A stretch of 64,000 nucleotides of DNA from Spirochaetota bacterium (lineage in GTDB: Bacteria; Spirochaetota; UBA4802; UBA5550). The stretch covers positions 576,001-640,000 of the forward strand of contig CAXXHB010000003.1 of the NCBI GenBank assembly GCA_963664815.2. The letters are read 5' to 3'. Numbering within the stretch: position 1 is the stretch's first letter; every line of letters begins with the position of its first letter. A program made the translations under genes and the position numbers. Positions 60,591 through 64,000 of this stretch are shown one piece after another. Under the pieces are notes generated by a model. It saw only the letters and a program-made list of their open reading frames with translations. It ran no database searches and was not told the origin of the DNA.

Positions 60591-62553
60591 AAACACTCCC
60601 CGTGCTGTAACTGCTGATATATTCGTTAATTCGCCTGCTGAAAAATCATATACATACAGGATTCCGGAGCACATGAATATTATAACCGGAATGAGAGTAT
60701 TAGTTGATTTTGCAGGGAAAAAAATGACAGGTTATGTTTCTGCAACACATAAGAATTTACCTGACGGAATAGAAGTTAAAGATATATTGTCACAGATTGA
60801 TGATGAGCCAATATACGATGAAAGGATTATTGGGCTAGCTGAATATGTTTCCAAATCATATCTGTCTTCTGTTGGAGAAGCTATAGGGAAAGCTCTTCCT
60901 TCGGGTGAAAGTTCAAAATCGAGACCACGTGCATCAAGAGTTGAGCATATAAAGGAAAGCAGGATAACTCTTACTGATAAACAGAGGGAAATTTATAATA
61001 GGATAATTTCTTCGGTTAAAAAGGCGCATCTTATCTTCGGAATTACCGGGAGCGGCAAGACTGAAGTGTATATGAGTGCTGCGATTAATGCAGTATCAAA
61101 AGGACTTTCGGTAATATATCTGGTTCCGGAAATTACCCTTTCATCACAAATTCATGAAAGATTATATAAAATTTTCGGTGAAAACCTTGTTGTTTATCAC
61201 AGCCAGTTGACGCAGAATCAACGCCTTTCAAACTGGAAAAAGTTTTATAAAGGGGAGGCTATGGTTGCGGTTGGTACAAGATCGGCTGTATTTCTTCAAT
61301 GCCCGAAACTTGGCCTGATAATAATTGACGAGGAACACGATCCATCTTACAAGGAACAGAGTACCCCAAGATATAATGCGAAAAGAGTTGCCTTCTACAG
61401 AGGTGAAACTGAAAACGCTACACTGATTCTCGGATCTGCGACCCCTTCAATTGAGACGCTCTATTCTGCTGAACGTGGAATTATTGAATTACATCGTCTG
61501 GAAGAAAGATATGGAGATAGTAAACTTCCGGTGATTGAAATTGTTAAACTGAAAAACAGTAATGAGGAAATTTCTTCAAGATTAAAATTATTTACTAACA
61601 GAGCTGTGAAAGAAGGAAAACAGGTTGTTTACCTTCTGAACAGGAGAGGCTTTGCCCCTTTTGTATTATGTGGTAATTGTGGTTCAGCCGTTGAATGTCC
61701 TGAGTGCAGTATCGGTATGAATTACCACAGGGACAGGGGTATGCTATGTCATTATTGTGGCTATACTTCAGAAGTTCCTGTAAAATGTACCAAATGCGGA
61801 TCGGAATCTATTCTAAAACTTGGTTCAGGTACCCAGAAGATTGAGGAACTGATTGTAAATGAGTTTGCAGAGTACAGGGTATTCAGACTTGATCAGGATA
61901 GTGCAAGAAAAAAGGATGCGGTTTATGATCTGCTTGATATGATGCGCAGGGGTGAAATAGATATATTACTTGGAACTCAGATGGTTTCAAAAGGTTTTGA
62001 TTTTCAAGATGTAACGTTGGCAGGGATCATTATGGCTGATATCGGGCTCAATATGCCGGATTTCAGGGCAACAGAAAGAATTTTTTCACTTCTTATGCAG
62101 CTGTCAGGTAGATCAGGACGAAGGGGCAGTGAAGGACGTGTTATTATCCAGACTTTGAATGATGAACATCTGATATTTGATTACCTGAAACGCCAGGATT
62201 ACTGGGGTTTTTACCGTGAAGAGCTTAAAATCCGTAAGCTGATAAATTATCCCCCATTTTCCCGTCTGGGTAGAATTGTAATAAGGGGAAGGGATGAGGA
62301 AACCGTAAGCAAATCGGCTGAGATTCTGGTTAATAAAATGAAATTAATTACTGAAGAAAAAAATCATACAATCACTATACTCGGGCCATCGCCTGCCCCT
62401 ATTTCTAAAATAGGGGGTAATTACAGGTATCATATTATTCTGAAAAGTAAAAAACTCAAGGAGCTTACAGAGTTTATTAAAACAGCTCTTGATTCGTTCA
62501 GATCAAAAGCTGTCTATATTGAAATTGACATAGATCCGGCAGATATGCTGTAG
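60580..62553 (+). CDS. priA: primosomal protein N'
   Basis: GITGSGKTEVY, DEEHD, GSATPS, NRRG, four CxxC, GTQMVSKG. Confidence 0.96.
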   Translation: MKRENTPRAVTADIFVNSPAEKSYTYRIPEHMNIITGMRVLVDFAGKKMTGYVSATHKNLPDGIEVKDILSQIDDEPIYDERIIGLAEYVSKSYLSSVGEAIGKALPSGESSKSRPRASRVEHIKESRITLTDKQREIYNRIISSVKKAHLIFGITGSGKTEVYMSAAINAVSKGLSVIYLVPEITLSSQIHERLYKIFGENLVVYHSQLTQNQRLSNWKKFYKGEAMVAVGTRSAVFLQCPKLGLIIIDEEHDPSYKEQSTPRYNAKRVAFYRGETENATLILGSATPSIETLYSAERGIIELHRLEERYGDSKLPVIEIVKLKNSNEEISSRLKLFTNRAVKEGKQVVYLLNRRGFAPFVLCGNCGSAVECPECSIGMNYHRDRGMLCHYCGYTSEVPVKCTKCGSESILKLGSGTQKIEELIVNEFAEYRVFRLDQDSARKKDAVYDLLDMMRRGEIDILLGTQMVSKGFDFQDVTLAGIIMADIGLNMPDFRATERIFSLLMQLSGRSGRRGSEGRVIIQTLNDEHLIFDYLKRQDYWGFYREELKIRKLINYPPFSRLGRIVIRGRDEETVSKSAEILVNKMKLITEEKNHTITILGPSPAPISKIGGNYRYHIILKSKKLKELTEFIKTALDSFRSKAVYIEIDIDPADML

Positions 62554-62555
62554 TT

Positions 62556-63791
62556 TTATTTTGCAAGTTCCGTGTCTATTATTCCCTCAAGAAATTCTTT
62601 TGGAGGAACGCCGACAATTCTTCTGCCTGAAATAATAATTGTCGGCGTTGCATCAATTTTAACTTTTTTTGCAAATTCTATATGTTCCAGTATCTGCTTA
62701 TTAATGCCGGCCTCATTCATTATATTTTCAAATTTCTGTTTCGATTCAGGTTTAATTTTAAAATCTTTTTCCACCCGGGATAAATTGTTCTCTATATTAT
62801 TTTTCTCAAATCCGTCTTTATAGTTATCGTAACCAATAAAATGCGTATAAAAGTATTCTTCGAAAAACCCCGCTTCTGAAGCGGAATGCATTGACTGGGA
62901 TGCCAAGCACGAGTTAGGGTAGATTGTATCATCCATATCATTATTGCATGCTTTATCAAGAGGATAGTGATAATAAATTATCTGTATCCTCTTGTCGTAT
63001 TTTGCTATAATGAATTTTTCAATCTGGTATAGCTTGTAGCAGGCAGAGCAAAGGAAATCATTGAAAATGTAGATTTTCAGTTTTGCATCAGGATTTCCTA
63101 TTGAGAGGTTGCTCTTTATGAAATCAATTTTTTCCGGAGTCTGATTGTAAAAGTTTGATATAAGTTTTGATTTTTGCGCTTCAGTTGTTATGCCAGAGCC
63201 GGATTTCATCTTTATAATATTTGTACTAGTAAAAACAGCGAATGCCAGAAAAAAAACAAAGAGTATGGAAAGAGAAAGAGATGCTTTTTCATCTGAATCG
63301 GAAGGTTTGAAGAAATCCTTAACAGACTCAACAATATCATTTCTGCTGAAACTGTTTTTTATAAATAAAAATATAGTTGTGAAAAGCAGAATATTTATTA
63401 TATAGGTCGCCAGGCATAATCTGCACAACACACCGATTTTTATCATAATAATGCCCAGAATGACATCAGAAACAAGACCAGCAATGATAAGAGGGAAGGT
63501 TAATCCGCATAAAATTTTGTAATATTTATCCTGGGCATAATCTGCAACAAGTATTATGAAGGTTAAGAGAATAAAGAATAACAAGCCATAGGCGGCAACA
63601 GGGATTCCGAATATCAGAGCGTAATGTGACTGGCCGATGGTTATACATGGATTTGACAAACCTTTCCCGCATGACAAAAGACCCATTTCGGAATCAGGGA
63701 AATAATGCTGGTAAAGAAGCAGCCCCGAAATAAGCACACCGGCGACTGAAAGCAGAAGCATGAAGTTGATATACTTTTTCACTTTATTCAT
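62556..63791 (-). CDS. VKOR-DsbA fusion (disulfide formation)
   Basis: VKOR loop cysteines (CGKGLSNPC), FGIPVA, CRLC; DsbA-like DFLCSAC, HYPLD..CN, ATPT. Confidence 0.88.
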   Translation of the reverse strand: MNKVKKYINFMLLLSVAGVLISGLLLYQHYFPDSEMGLLSCGKGLSNPCITIGQSHYALIFGIPVAAYGLLFFILLTFIILVADYAQDKYYKILCGLTFPLIIAGLVSDVILGIIMIKIGVLCRLCLATYIINILLFTTIFLFIKNSFSRNDIVESVKDFFKPSDSDEKASLSLSILFVFFLAFAVFTSTNIIKMKSGSGITTEAQKSKLISNFYNQTPEKIDFIKSNLSIGNPDAKLKIYIFNDFLCSACYKLYQIEKFIIAKYDKRIQIIYYHYPLDKACNNDMDDTIYPNSCLASQSMHSASEAGFFEEYFYTHFIGYDNYKDGFEKNNIENNLSRVEKDFKIKPESKQKFENIMNEAGINKQILEHIEFAKKVKIDATPTIIISGRRIVGVPPKEFLEGIIDTELAK

Positions 63792-64000
63792 CCTTAATTA
63801 TTAGTTCAATTATTTGTCCACATAAGCGGAGGTAAAATTTTCCGTTATTATCCTCTTCAAGCCTTTCCAGTATATTAAAAGAGGGTGATCTTTTAAATTT
63901 AGCAGGCATTTTTCCATCTTTAATCCGGCAATAAAGCGCGTTATTTGTTTTATAAAATAATGTTCTGCAGTTCAGCTCTTCAGTCTCTCCAGATGATATA
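63784..64000 (-). CDS. 3' end of hypothetical protein (DUF1285-like), truncated by the window edge
   Basis: Open frame ..GETEELNCRTLFY..LYCRIKDGKMPAKFKR..IIKDE*; stop overlaps the VKOR start. Confidence 0.55.
   Translation of the reverse strand, partial: ISSGETEELNCRTLFYKTNNALYCRIKDGKMPAKFKRSPSFNILERLEEDNNGKFYLRLCGQIIELIIKDE

Overview
AT-rich bacterial chromosome segment, most likely from a Leptospira-related spirochaete. This is an inference from OmpL1-like porins, a free-standing 5S rRNA gene, spirochaete-style lipoprotein signals and an rpoN-hpf-hprK-HPr block. Housekeeping genes include hisC, pyrD, ubiE/menG, mtnA, ribBA, acpS, dusB, ilvBNC, tkt and priA. Other content: a 3213-aa lipoprotein adhesin built from 23 near-identical Ig-like (choice-of-anchor-D/ASH-type) modules in a higher-order A/B pattern with an Asp-box propeller tip; a receptor-less chemotaxis cluster (CheA with an MshEN-like insert, STAS, two CheD); one IS701-like element with intact ends and a 7-bp target duplication; a small nucleotidyltransferase gene pair; and three tandem porin-like genes. 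Most notable: three apparent pseudoenzymes (RsgA without GTPase motifs, CheD without the catalytic His, family-4 UDG without catalytic motifs), an M6 protease with an internal membrane hairpin plus a second lipobox, and an HPF with a duplicated C-terminal domain. No CRISPR array, tRNA, prophage or reverse transcriptase was seen. All family calls come from motif recognition by eye, not from database searches.
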